NCBI GenBank assembly: GCA_035507305.1
Contig: DATJOE010000017.1
Coordinates: 1-63,112 of the forward strand
DNA: 63,112 nt
From: Solirubrobacteraceae bacterium
GTDB taxonomy: Bacteria; Actinomycetota; Thermoleophilia; Solirubrobacterales; Solirubrobacteraceae
Direction: 5' to 3'
In this document: in pieces, positions 1 through 8,960 of the stretch
Position numbering within the stretch: the stretch's first letter is position 1
How the letters are laid out: every line of letters begins with the position of its first letter
The notes under the pieces: generated by a model
What the model was told of the DNA's origin: nothing
Seen by the model: the letters and a program-made list of their open reading frames with translations, nothing else
Databases searched by the model: none
Made by a program: the position numbers and the translations under genes

Positions 1-1592
1 GCCTCCGTGGACCCGAGCAGCTCGCCCGATGACACGTCCACGATCGAGAACTGCTCCGGCGAGGCTGAGCGCAGCGAAACCTCCGCAGCCGGGTAGCCCC
101 CGGGCTTCCGAGGCACGTAGGAGGCGGCCGTCGCCGAGTCGCGCAGCGGTCGCCGGCGCAGCTCACCCGCGCTCTCCAGAACTTCCGCGTGGGCCTCCCA
201 GCGCGGGCCCAAGAACTCGGCGTCTTCGTCGGAAAGCGGTCCCTCGTGTGCGGCGCACAGCAGGTGCTGGCGAAAGATCAGTGGGCTCTCGTGGTCGAGG
301 ATCGCCGCCTCGACCGGGCGCTCCAAGAACTCGTCCGGGTTACGGCAGAAAAACTGATCCAGGGCGTCCTCGCCCGCGACGTACACCGCCAAGCCGCGCC
401 CACGGCGCGCGATGCTCGAACGTCCCGCGCGACCCCACATCTGCCGCAGCGAGGCGACCGTGCCCGGAAACGTGACCACGACCGCCGCATCGAGCGTGCC
501 GATGTCGATTCCCAGCTCCAGCGCGTCAGTCGTGATCACCGCGCGCAGCTCGCCCCGCATCAGGCTGCCCTCAAGTTCGCGTCGCTGTTGCGGCGTGTAC
601 CCCGCGCGGTAGGGCACCACCAGCTCCGCGAGCGCCGGGTCCGTGCTCTGCAGGTCTTCTTTGACCAGGCGCGAGAGCAGCTCGACAGCCTTGCGTGACT
701 TGATGAAGCAGATCGTTCTTGCGCCTTCGCGAACGAGTCGCGCCAGCAGCTCGGCTGCCTCGCCGAGCGCCGAGCGCCGAGCGCCGAGCGCTTCGTCGGT
801 GAGCGGCGGGTTCCATACTGCGATCTGGCGTGAGGGTGCGGGGGAGCCATCGCGGTCGATCAGCCGCACGTGCTCCAGACCCGTCAACCGCTCCGCCAGC
901 TCGATCGGGTTCGCGATTGTCGCGGAGGTCATCAAGAACACTGGATCGGTGCCGTAGGCTGCCGCGATCCGGCGCAGCCGGCGCAATACCCCCGCCACGT
1001 GCGAACCGAATACGCCGCGGTATACGTGCGCCTCGTCGATCACGACCACTGCCAGGTTCGCGAACAGGTCGGCCCACGCCGCGTGGTTCGGAAGGATCCC
1101 CACGTGCAGCATGTCTGGGTTCGTCAGCACGACGTTTGCGCGCTTGCGAATCTCACGCCGTGCCTCACGCGGGGTATCGCCGTCGTAGATCGCCGGGCGC
1201 ACTCGCTTGGTTAGACCGAACGAGCTCAGCGCCCGGGCCTGGTCTTGGGCAAGCGCCTTCGTCGGATAGAGATAGAGCGCTCGCGCCCGCGCCTGCTCGC
1301 AGAGGATGTGCAGCGTCGGCAGGTTGAAGCACATCGACTTTCCCGAGGCCGTGCCCGTCGTGACGATCGCCGGCCCCTCCGTCGCGGCAAGCAGCGCTTC
1401 GGACTGGTGGGAGTAGAGCTGCTCGACGCCCATGCCCGCCAGCGCCGCCAGCACGTCTGGGTGCAGCCCCGCGGGTGGGTCCACGAGCTTTGCCGTGCCG
1501 GGGCCTTCGCGTGCCTCACGCACGAGCCTGCCGTCCGACCGGCCCGCGTCGAGCAGCCCGCTCCACGGCGCCGGCTGTCGGTCTTTCACCAT
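1..1592 (-). CDS. DEAD/DEAH-box helicase, YprA/SftH/Hrq1 (DUF1998-associated) family; 3' end runs off the window
   Basis: Manual translation from ATG at 1592 gives MVKDRQPAPW..LYSHQSEAL..TGTASGKS (motif I), YLYPTKALAQDQ, YDGDTP, TNPDMLH, IDEAHVYRGVFGSHVA (motif II), SATIANP, ALELGIDIG and QMWGRAGR. Absent from the ORF track because it has no stop in the window. Confidence 0.93.
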   Translation of the reverse strand, partial: MVKDRQPAPWSGLLDAGRSDGRLVREAREGPGTAKLVDPPAGLHPDVLAALAGMGVEQLYSHQSEALLAATEGPAIVTTGTASGKSMCFNLPTLHILCEQARARALYLYPTKALAQDQARALSSFGLTKRVRPAIYDGDTPREARREIRKRANVVLTNPDMLHVGILPNHAAWADLFANLAVVVIDEAHVYRGVFGSHVAGVLRRLRRIAAAYGTDPVFLMTSATIANPIELAERLTGLEHVRLIDRDGSPAPSRQIAVWNPPLTDEALGARRSALGEAAELLARLVREGARTICFIKSRKAVELLSRLVKEDLQSTDPALAELVVPYRAGYTPQQRRELEGSLMRGELRAVITTDALELGIDIGTLDAAVVVTFPGTVASLRQMWGRAGRSSIARRGRGLAVYVAGEDALDQFFCRNPDEFLERPVEAAILDHESPLIFRQHLLCAAHEGPLSDEDAEFLGPRWEAHAEVLESAGELRRRPLRDSATAASYVPRKPGGYPAAEVSLRSASPEQFSIVDVSSGELLGSTE

Positions 1593-1612
1593 GGATTGCG
1601 ATAGTAGACGCG

Positions 1613-2545
1613 ATGCCAGCGCGCACATTCCATCACTCCGCATTCAGCGCGGAGCGGATTGCGCGGGAGCGCTCACGGCGGGACCTGCGAATCTCGGTGT
1701 GCCTGCCCGCGCGCGAATGTGCGCGCACCGTGGGCGAGATCGTCCGCGCGCTCTTGGAGCTGCGCGAGGCCGATGCGATCGACCGCGTCGTCGTGGTCGA
1801 CGCCGCCTCGCCCGATGGAACCGCCGAAGTGGCTGAGGCCGCCGGGGCGGAGGTATGGCAGGAGGCCGAGCTACTGCCTTCGTTTGGTGCTGTGCGCGGC
1901 AAGGGCGATGCGATGTGGCGTGCGCTCTCGCGGCTGGACGATCAACTCGTGTGCTTCGTTGACGCCGACACCGAGGGCTTCTCCGCGCACTTCGTCACCG
2001 GCCTGCTCGGGCCGCTCGTCTGCGAGGAGGGATGCTCGTTCGTCAAGGGCTTCTACCGCAGGCCGTTCTCTGGTGCGGCCGATGCCGATGCGCGCGCCGG
2101 GGAAGGCGGGGGACGCGTCAACCACCTCACCGCTCGTCCCGCGCTCGCGCTGCTCTACCCCGAGCTGGCTGAGATCCGTCAGCCACTCGCGGGCGAGATC
2201 GCCGCCCGGCGCGAGCTGCTCGTTCGTTTGCCGTTCGCGACCGGCTACGGGGTCGAGACCGCGATGCTGATCGATGCCTGGCGCGAGGTCGGGTCAGATG
2301 GCATCGCGCAGGTCGACCTCGACGAGCATCGCAACCATCATCAGTCGCTTACGCAGCTCGCGCCGATGGCGCTCACCGTGCTCGCGACCGCTCTGGATCG
2401 TGCCCGCGCGGACGGGCGGCTCGCGCTGTCGGCGCCCGCCGACCTGAGCGCGCACGTCCCGCTCGAGCGCCCGCCGCTCGCGACGCTTGCGGGCGGTTTG
2501 TCGGTCGTTGACCCGCAGCCGAGGGTGGGAGGCGCGCGGACATGA
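1613..2545 (+). CDS. gpgS: Glucosyl-3-phosphoglycerate synthase (GT81)
   Basis: ISVCLPARE, GKGDAMW, FVDAD, FVKGFYRRP, GGRVN, QPLAGE, GYGVE and HRNHHQ motifs. Start set to ATG 1613, divergent from the helicase. Confidence 0.88.
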   Translation: MPARTFHHSAFSAERIARERSRRDLRISVCLPARECARTVGEIVRALLELREADAIDRVVVVDAASPDGTAEVAEAAGAEVWQEAELLPSFGAVRGKGDAMWRALSRLDDQLVCFVDADTEGFSAHFVTGLLGPLVCEEGCSFVKGFYRRPFSGAADADARAGEGGGRVNHLTARPALALLYPELAEIRQPLAGEIAARRELLVRLPFATGYGVETAMLIDAWREVGSDGIAQVDLDEHRNHHQSLTQLAPMALTVLATALDRARADGRLALSAPADLSAHVPLERPPLATLAGGLSVVDPQPRVGGART

Positions 2546-3357
2546 GCATGCGCTGCCTCTACCTCGACCTCGACGGCACGCTGCTCGGGCGAGCGGCGTC
2601 GCTGCTACACGACGGCGAGGGCAACGTCACGCTCGACGGGGTGCGCGCCGTGCAGGCGTGTCTGCGCGCAGATGTAGAGATCGTGTTGATGTCGGGACGG
2701 CGCGGCGTGCAGGTGGCCGAGGATGCGCGCCTGCTCGGACAGTCCTCGTTCATCTACGAGGCCGGTGCGTGCGTCGTCCTCGACGGTGAGGAGCATTGGC
2801 TCACCGGCGATCTGCTGCCCGGCGAGATCACGATCGCCCAGCAGATCGAGCGCTCTGGCGCACCCTCGATGCTGCTCGAGCACTACGCGGGCCGCCTGGA
2901 GCATCACGAGCCCTGGCATCTCAATCGCGAGGTCTCGCACCTATTTCGTGGCCTAGTTGACGCGGTCGAGGCCGACGCGCTCCTGGCTGAGCAGGGGCAC
3001 GAGAACCTGCGCCTGGTCGACAACGGCGTCGTCAATCGGCGATCCGCCGCGCTGGCCGAGTTGCCGCACGTGCGCTGCTACCACCTCGTTCCCAAGACCG
3101 CCTCCAAGGCCTCGGCCGTCGCCTTTCACCGGCAGGCGCGCGGCTACCCGCGCGAGGCCACGTTCGCCGTCGGTGACTCGCGTGAGGACCTTGCCTGTGC
3201 CGAGCAGGTGCACGAGTTGTGGCTCGTCGCCAACGCGCTCGCCCGCGACCCCTCGCTGCGCGAGGACCTGGCTCGCCATGCCAACGCCCGGGTCGCCGAG
3301 GCAGGGCACGGCAGCGGCGTCTACGAGGTCGTCGTCAGCACGTTGATCGAGCGCTAG
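2542..3357 (+). CDS. HAD-superfamily (Cof/IIB-like) phosphatase, probable glucosyl/mannosyl-3-phosphoglycerate phosphatase
   Basis: YLDLDGTL, MSGR, SKASA and VGDSREDL motifs; ATGA overlap with gpgS. Confidence 0.75.
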   Translation: MSMRCLYLDLDGTLLGRAASLLHDGEGNVTLDGVRAVQACLRADVEIVLMSGRRGVQVAEDARLLGQSSFIYEAGACVVLDGEEHWLTGDLLPGEITIAQQIERSGAPSMLLEHYAGRLEHHEPWHLNREVSHLFRGLVDAVEADALLAEQGHENLRLVDNGVVNRRSAALAELPHVRCYHLVPKTASKASAVAFHRQARGYPREATFAVGDSREDLACAEQVHELWLVANALARDPSLREDLARHANARVAEAGHGSGVYEVVVSTLIER

Positions 3358-3698
3358 TCGCGTGGGCCCTTCTCGATAATGCCCGCCCGCCGCTCCTCCT
3401 CATAAAGCCGCTCGATTACGAACTGCTTCAGCAGCGTCTGGTAGCCGGTGTCGCGAAGCGCGGCCAGCGTCTTGAGTCGTTTCACCGTAAAGTCGTCGAT
3501 CCGTAGCGCGATCGGGGTGGTGTGCCCGGGGCGGAGCATGTCCTTCATGCGCAGTATCCGTTTGCGCCGCTCCTCTTGCGCGAAGAAGATCTCGGGATCG
3601 AGCGAGAGGCCCTTGGCTGGGTTGATTTGCTTGTCGGCGCGAGGCACGAGCGCGCGAGCCTCCGGGTTGGGGGTCTCGTTTTTGGGTTGCGATAGCAA
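3354..3698 (-). CDS. CopG/BrnA-like ribbon-helix-helix antitoxin-type DNA-binding protein (orphan)
   Basis: C-terminus TTPIALRIDDFTVKRLKTLAALRDTGYQTLLKQFVIERLYEE fits the CopG-antitoxin RHH pattern (strand, helix, GYQTL helix). The start may instead be GTG 3647, preceded by GGAGG. Confidence 0.75.
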   Translation of the reverse strand: MLSQPKNETPNPEARALVPRADKQINPAKGLSLDPEIFFAQEERRKRILRMKDMLRPGHTTPIALRIDDFTVKRLKTLAALRDTGYQTLLKQFVIERLYEEERRAGIIEKGPRD

Positions 3699-3795
3699 TG
3701 GTATGTACGACTTGGGGCGGAATTCACTTCTTTCGTGAGTGGGGCTCCGTGCGAGCCGTCCGCGTATATACGTTCGCTATCAATTAATTAAAAAG
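3624..3795 (-). repeat. Copy 1 of a ~170 bp AT-rich dispersed element with imperfect inverted repeats
   Basis: Reverse complement aligns with 54848-55019. Identical blocks: ATTGATAGCGAACGTATATACGCG (24 nt, 3761-3784) and ATTGCTATCGCAACCCAAAAA (21 nt, 3679-3699). Arms 3691-3709 and 3763-3781 match at 15/19 positions as an inverted repeat. Confidence 0.9.
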
Positions 3796-3853
3796 AGAAC
3801 CCCCTCCTCGCCTCTAGGGCGGTGCCTCTTGACGGCTGCCGTACTTGTGCTCG

Positions 3854-4906
3854 CTAGCCGAACAGCGAGCTGATCCGTCGCCACACGCGGCGCCAGAAAC
3901 CCGGCTGTGGCCGCCGCCGCCAGCGCGCCGGCGGGGGAACCGTCGCGCGTACGACCGCTACCCAGTCCTCGAGTGGAAGCTCGCCCGCGATCAATCGGCC
4001 GAGCGCGCTCGTCACCGGCGCGCCGACCTCGGCTCGCTCCAGCGTGCGCGCCAGCAACGGCACCGACTCAAGCGCCTCGACCGCCTGGCCCACCCGGCCC
4101 GGGATCTCCGTAGCCGGCACGCCCGCCGCCAGCAGCTCGCCCGCGCGACGGTTACGGCTCTCGCGGGCAAGCGCCGTCGCCACCAGGTCACCCGCGCCCG
4201 CCAGCCCAATCATCGACTCGGGCCGTGCGCCGAGCTGCTCGGCGTAGCGCCAGACCTCCGCGAAGATGTGCCCCGCCGCCGCGCCCGCCGCGTTTAGGCC
4301 CTGCGCCTCCGTGGCGCCCGCCGCGAGCGCTGCCGCGTTCTTCGCCGCGCCCGCCAGCTCGACTCCCAGGGGATCATTTGATTGCTCGCAGACCACGCCC
4401 GCGCGCGTGAACACCGCCGCCAGCGAGCGCGCCAGCTCCTCGTCGCTCGAAGCCGCTACAAGCCCCGCCCCCGCGTGGACCATCTCCTGTGCGTGGGCCG
4501 GGCCGCCGACGCACGCGACGCGGTGCGCGCCGAACGTCGAGCTGAGCAGCGCGGTCGGTGGGACCCCGTCGGGCGGCACAAGCCCCTTGGCCAACGAGAC
4601 CAACGCCGCGCGAGGTCCCAGGCCCGCGTCCTGCAGCGTCGCGATCACCTCACCCAATCCACTCGACGGGACCGCGAGGAACACGTAGTCCGCGCGCTCT
4701 ACTCCCGCTGACGCGGACTCGATCCGCAGTTGCACTGGCAGCTCTACGCCGGGCAGGTACTCCTCGTTTCGTTGTTCTGAGGCAAGCTTTGTCGCCTGCT
4801 CGGCCGTGCGTGTCTGCAACGTCGTACGCAGACCCGCTCGCGCCAGCAGGATCGCGAGCGCCGTTCCGAACGAGCCTGCGCCGATCACCGTCGCGCGACG
4901 GGCCAC
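3854..4906 (-). CDS. gpsA: NAD(P)H-dependent glycerol-3-phosphate dehydrogenase
   Basis: [41 protein letters not shown] and SRNRRAG. Start moved to GTG 4906, which has TAGCCT 5 nt upstream; ATG 4975 would leave only 3 bp to the divergent gene. Confidence 0.9.
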   Translation of the reverse strand: MARRATVIGAGSFGTALAILLARAGLRTTLQTRTAEQATKLASEQRNEEYLPGVELPVQLRIESASAGVERADYVFLAVPSSGLGEVIATLQDAGLGPRAALVSLAKGLVPPDGVPPTALLSSTFGAHRVACVGGPAHAQEMVHAGAGLVAASSDEELARSLAAVFTRAGVVCEQSNDPLGVELAGAAKNAAALAAGATEAQGLNAAGAAAGHIFAEVWRYAEQLGARPESMIGLAGAGDLVATALARESRNRRAGELLAAGVPATEIPGRVGQAVEALESVPLLARTLERAEVGAPVTSALGRLIAGELPLEDWVAVVRATVPPPARWRRRPQPGFWRRVWRRISSLFG

Positions 4907-4978
4907 CGGTGAGGCTAGAGATCGAGCGCGCGAGCCGCGAGCCGTCGCGCTCGGAGTAGGCTCGGTCTCGGTCATCTG

Positions 4979-6319
4979 ATGAGCGAGCCTAGCGATCCCA
5001 ACGAGCGCGCCACCGCGTGGCGCAACTGGGCCGGCGATCAGCGCTGCACGCCCGCCGCAATTGAGCGTCCAGGCTCGATCGAGCAGCTTGCCGAGGCGCT
5101 CGAGCGCGCCAGCTCACGTGGCTCGCGCGTGCGCGCCGTCGGCTCGGGGCATTCCTTCAGCGACGTCGCCCTGAGCGACGAGGGCGGGACGCTCGTCTCG
5201 CTCGATCGGATGGGCGACGTGCTCGAAGTCGATCGCACCAGCGGGCTCGTGCGCGTGCAGGCCGGGATCACGATCAAATCCTTGAGCAGTCGCCTCGACC
5301 AGCACGGCCTCGCGATGGAAAACCTCGGCGATATCGACGTGCAGAGCATCGCTGGGGCAATCTCCACCGCCACGCACGGGACCGGCACGGGTCTGCGCAA
5401 CATTGCCTCGCAGGTTGCTGCGCTGAAGCTCGTGCTCGCCGACGGCTCGACCTTCGAGTGCGACGCCGAGCACGAGCCCGAGGCGTTTCGCGCCGCGCGC
5501 GTCGGGCTCGGCGCGCTTGGCGTCATCGCGGAGGTCACGCTGCGTTGCGTGCCCGCCTTCACGCTGCGCGGCGTCGATGAGCCTGCCCCACTTGAGTCCA
5601 CGCTCGCTCGGTTCGAGCAGCTAGCGCTCGGCAACGACCACTTCGAGTTCTTCGTCTTCCCCTACGCGCAGACCGCGCTCACGCGCACGAACAATCGCAC
5701 TCAGGAGCCGCCCCGGCCGCGGGGCCGCATCGCCGCTTACGCAAACGATGTGCTGCTCACCAACCACGCCCTCGGCTTGTTCTGCCGGCTTGGACGTCGG
5801 GTGCCCGGAGCGATTCCCCAGATCAACCGCCTCGTCACGCGCCTAGCCGGGCGCAGCGAGCGCGTCGAACGCTCCGCCTCGATCTTTGCCAGCCCCCGCC
5901 TCGTACGCTTCACCGAGATGGAGTACGCGATCCCCCGTGAGCATACGCCCGAGGCCGTGCGCCGAGTGATGGAGCTGGTCGCCGCGCGCGGGCTCGCGGT
6001 GCCCTTTCCGATCGAGGTCCGCACCGTCGCTCCAGACGACGCCTTCCTCAGCACGGCCTACGGGCGCGAGAGCGGCTACGTCGCCGTGCACATGTTCGAG
6101 GGAATGGAGTGGCGCCCCTACTTCGAGGCCGTCGAGGAGATCATGAACGAATTCGACGGGCGCCCGCACTGGGGCAAGCGCCACTTCCAGACCGCCGCCA
6201 CCCTGCGCTCGCGCTACCCCGAGTGGGATCGCTTCCAGGCCGTGCGCGCGCGGTTGGACCCGCGGGGGACGTTCGGCAACGCCTGGACCGATCGCGTGCT
6301 CGGGCCGGTGAGGTCGTGA
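4979..6319 (+). CDS. FAD-linked D-arabinono/L-gulono-1,4-lactone oxidase-family protein
   Basis: WRNWAG, VGSGHSFS, QSIAGAISTATHGTG, EMEYAIP, FPIEVR and GRPHWGK motifs. Confidence 0.9.
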   Translation: MSEPSDPNERATAWRNWAGDQRCTPAAIERPGSIEQLAEALERASSRGSRVRAVGSGHSFSDVALSDEGGTLVSLDRMGDVLEVDRTSGLVRVQAGITIKSLSSRLDQHGLAMENLGDIDVQSIAGAISTATHGTGTGLRNIASQVAALKLVLADGSTFECDAEHEPEAFRAARVGLGALGVIAEVTLRCVPAFTLRGVDEPAPLESTLARFEQLALGNDHFEFFVFPYAQTALTRTNNRTQEPPRPRGRIAAYANDVLLTNHALGLFCRLGRRVPGAIPQINRLVTRLAGRSERVERSASIFASPRLVRFTEMEYAIPREHTPEAVRRVMELVAARGLAVPFPIEVRTVAPDDAFLSTAYGRESGYVAVHMFEGMEWRPYFEAVEEIMNEFDGRPHWGKRHFQTAATLRSRYPEWDRFQAVRARLDPRGTFGNAWTDRVLGPVRS

Positions 6320-7635
6320 GCGCACGAGCCACAGCCCCCGCGAACGTGCGAGTCGCACCGCCTTCCTCGCTCGGAGCACCCCAGCGGACGGCTGAGGCCG
6401 CCTACGCGCGCCTGGAACGCGCCACCGCCGAGCTGCGGGCGCCGTTCGCGCTGATCGATCTCGACGCGTTCGACGCCAATGCGCGCGACCTCGAACGCCG
6501 CGCGGGCTCGAAGCCCATCCGGCTCGCGAGCAAGTCGCTGCGCTGCCGCGCCGTGCAGGATCGTGCGCTTGCGCGCGACGGGTTCCAAGGAACACTCGCG
6601 TTCACGTTGCCCGAGGCTTTGTGGTTGGCCGAGCGAGGGGTGCAGGACATCGTCGTGGCCTACCCCACCGCGGACGAGATCGCGCTGCGCGAGCTGGCCG
6701 AGCGCTCGCGAGCCGAGTCAGACAGCTCGGGCGGCGGGATGCTCCAGGGAGGCCCGATCGCGGTGATGATCGACAGCGCCGAGCAGCTGCCCGCGCTCGA
6801 TCGGGCTTGCGCCGTGGTCGGCGGCGGGCGAATTCGGGTGTGCCTGGACATCGACTCGGGATGGCGCGCGCTCGCGGGCAAGCTGCGCGTCGGGGTCAAG
6901 CGCTCGCCCGCGCACACCCCGCAGCAGGCCGGCGAGCTGGCACGCGCGGTCGTCGCCTGCGACTCCGCGCGGCTGGTCGGCGTGATGATGTACGAGGCGC
7001 AGATCGCCGGTGTTGGAGACGATCCGCCCGGCCGGCCGTGGCGGGCGCGCGCGATCCGTGCGATGCAGGCGCTCTCCGGGCGCGAGTTGCCCGTGCGCCG
7101 CGCCGCGATCGTCGCCGCCGTGCAGCAGCAGCTCGCACGCGCCGGTCAGCCGCCGCTCGAGCTCGTTAACGGAGGCGGTACCGGCAGCCTCGAGCGGACC
7201 TCGCGCGAGGACGCCGTGAGCGAGGTCACCGCTGGCTCGGGCCTCTACGCGCCGGGCCTGTTCGACTCCTATCGGGCTTTCACACCTGCTCCCGCCGCGC
7301 TGTTCGCGCTGCCGATCGTCCGTCGCCCCGGCAACGGTGTCGTAACCGCTCTCGGTGGGGGATATCTAGCTTCTGGCCCCGGCGATCGCGCGCGCCTGCC
7401 GCATCCCTATCTGCCCGCCGGGCTGCGCCTCGATCGTGAGGAGGGCGCCGGCGAGGTGCAGACGCCCCTGCTCGGCCAGGCCGCCGATCGTCTCGCGCTT
7501 GGCGATCGTGTGTACCTGCGTCATGCAAAGGCCGGCGAGCTGTGCGAGCGTTTCAGCAACATGTACCTGCTGCAAGGCGATCGGATCGTTGACGAGGTCC
7601 CCACTTATCGGGGCGAGGGGGTGTGCTTCCTGTGA
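6316..7635 (+). CDS. PLP-dependent alanine-racemase-fold enzyme (DSD1 / amino acid deaminase-aldolase family)
   Basis: IRLASKSLRC, VVAYP, MYEAQIAG, VNGGGTGS, EVTAGSG, EGAGEVQTP and RHAKAGELCERF. GTG 6316 overlaps the upstream stop (GTGA). Confidence 0.85.
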   Translation: MSARATAPANVRVAPPSSLGAPQRTAEAAYARLERATAELRAPFALIDLDAFDANARDLERRAGSKPIRLASKSLRCRAVQDRALARDGFQGTLAFTLPEALWLAERGVQDIVVAYPTADEIALRELAERSRAESDSSGGGMLQGGPIAVMIDSAEQLPALDRACAVVGGGRIRVCLDIDSGWRALAGKLRVGVKRSPAHTPQQAGELARAVVACDSARLVGVMMYEAQIAGVGDDPPGRPWRARAIRAMQALSGRELPVRRAAIVAAVQQQLARAGQPPLELVNGGGTGSLERTSREDAVSEVTAGSGLYAPGLFDSYRAFTPAPAALFALPIVRRPGNGVVTALGGGYLASGPGDRARLPHPYLPAGLRLDREEGAGEVQTPLLGQAADRLALGDRVYLRHAKAGELCERFSNMYLLQGDRIVDEVPTYRGEGVCFL

Positions 7636-8960
7636 GCGCCGAGCGCGAGTTCGCGACCGAGCCGGGAGTCGGCTCGGCGTCGTCGCTCGATCCCAGCGCG
7701 CGCCTCGACGCGGGTTCGACGTCGCTGGACGCGGGTTCGCCTTCAGGTTCCGGGCTCGATCGTGCCGCGCTGCTCGCGCTTCAGCGCCACGTCGTCGAGA
7801 CGCTCGCACGCCTCGATCGCACGCCGTGCTCCGAGGGCGAGCGCGAAGCCGCGCACTGGCTTGCCGCCCGTCTGTCGGCGATCGGCGGCGTCGAGGTTGC
7901 GCTCGAGGACGAGCATTCGTGGGGCACGTTCCCGCCGACGTCCACTGGCCTCGGCGTGCTCGGGGTCGCGGGCGCGCTGCTCGCGCTCGCAGGCAGGCGT
8001 GTGCTGGGCGCGCTGCTCGCGCTCGGCGCGTTCGCGGGGATCGTCGATGAGGCCCACAACGGGCCGCGCATCGTGCGCAGGCTCGTGCGCCGTCGTAAGG
8101 ACACCGTCAACGTCGTCGCCCGCGCGGGCGACCCCGACGCCGAGCACACGCTCGTCGTGCACGTGCATCACGACGCACCGCAAACGGGTCTGGTCTTCGA
8201 CCAGACGCTCCAGCGCCGCGTGCACGAGCTGGCGCCGGGGCTGCTCGAAAAATTCAAGCAGCCGCTGCCGCAGTGGTGGGTGGGGCTCGCTGGACCGCTC
8301 TCGACGTTCCTCGGCGCGCTGAGCCGCCGTCCGCGCTTGGTTAAGGCAGGGCTCGCGGTCGGGACGCTCGGCACGCTGCTGATCGCCGACGTGTGGCGCA
8401 GCGAGACCGTGCCGGGAGCAAACGACAACCTCTCGGGCGTAGCCGTGCTTGTCGGCTTGGCCGAGCTGCTGCGCGAGCGCCCGGTCCCAGGACTTCGCGT
8501 GCTGCTCGTCTCCTGTGGCGCCGAGGAGACGTTGCAGGACGGGATTCGTGCCTTCCTCGCGCGCCACCGCGACGAGCTTGACCCTGCCCGTACGGCGTTT
8601 GTCAACCTCGACACCGTCGGCTCGCCGAGACTCCTGCTGCTCGAGGGCGAGGGGCCGATACGGATGGAGGACTATCGCGCGCCGTGGTTGCGCGAGCTCA
8701 TCGCGCTGCACGCCGAGCGGCTTGGCACGCCGCTACTGCGCGGCTACCGTGCGCGCGCCTCAACCGACAGCGTGATCCCCAGCCGTGCCGGCTACCCGAC
8801 GGCGGCGCTCGTCTCCGTGTGCGACTGGTTGAGCCCCGCGAATTACCACCTGCCCAGCGACGTGCCCGCGAACCTCAACTACGAGACCGTCGCGCGGACG
8901 ACCCACCTCGTGCACGAGCTCGCCGGCTCGCTGCCCGCCGCGCTCGCCGAAGCCCGGTAG
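7632..8960 (+). CDS. Membrane-embedded M28-family metallopeptidase-like protein
   Basis: HVHHDA, GANDNLSG, GAEE, NLDTVG and NYH zinc-ligand motifs, with internal hydrophobic helices; GTGA overlap. Confidence 0.8.
   Translation: MSAEREFATEPGVGSASSLDPSARLDAGSTSLDAGSPSGSGLDRAALLALQRHVVETLARLDRTPCSEGEREAAHWLAARLSAIGGVEVALEDEHSWGTFPPTSTGLGVLGVAGALLALAGRRVLGALLALGAFAGIVDEAHNGPRIVRRLVRRRKDTVNVVARAGDPDAEHTLVVHVHHDAPQTGLVFDQTLQRRVHELAPGLLEKFKQPLPQWWVGLAGPLSTFLGALSRRPRLVKAGLAVGTLGTLLIADVWRSETVPGANDNLSGVAVLVGLAELLRERPVPGLRVLLVSCGAEETLQDGIRAFLARHRDELDPARTAFVNLDTVGSPRLLLLEGEGPIRMEDYRAPWLRELIALHAERLGTPLLRGYRARASTDSVIPSRAGYPTAALVSVCDWLSPANYHLPSDVPANLNYETVARTTHLVHELAGSLPAALAEAR

Noticed and set aside
761-790. 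(CGCCGAG)x4 heptamer run inside the helicase as a phase-variation tract
   Set aside because: The frame is intact and encodes ordinary ALGARRSALGE; short GC-rich repeats arise easily at this composition and nothing shows length variation.
29-1836. Plus-strand ORFs over the helicase, and similar long Arg/Ala/Pro-rich ORFs throughout the window (e.g. 50489-52675 minus, 28254-29258 plus)
   Set aside because: Shadow frames of well-supported genes in high-GC DNA; they carry no domain motifs.
3763-3776. CGAACGTATATACG (minus strand) as a LexA/SOS box
   Set aside because: Two mismatches in the right half of CGAAC-N4-GTTCG; better explained as part of the element's own inverted repeat.
4907-4978. 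Head-to-head starts only 3 bp apart (gpsA ATG 4975 and oxidase ATG 4979)
   Set aside because: GTG 4906 has a -10 box and matches the usual GpsA N-terminus, leaving a normal intergenic gap.
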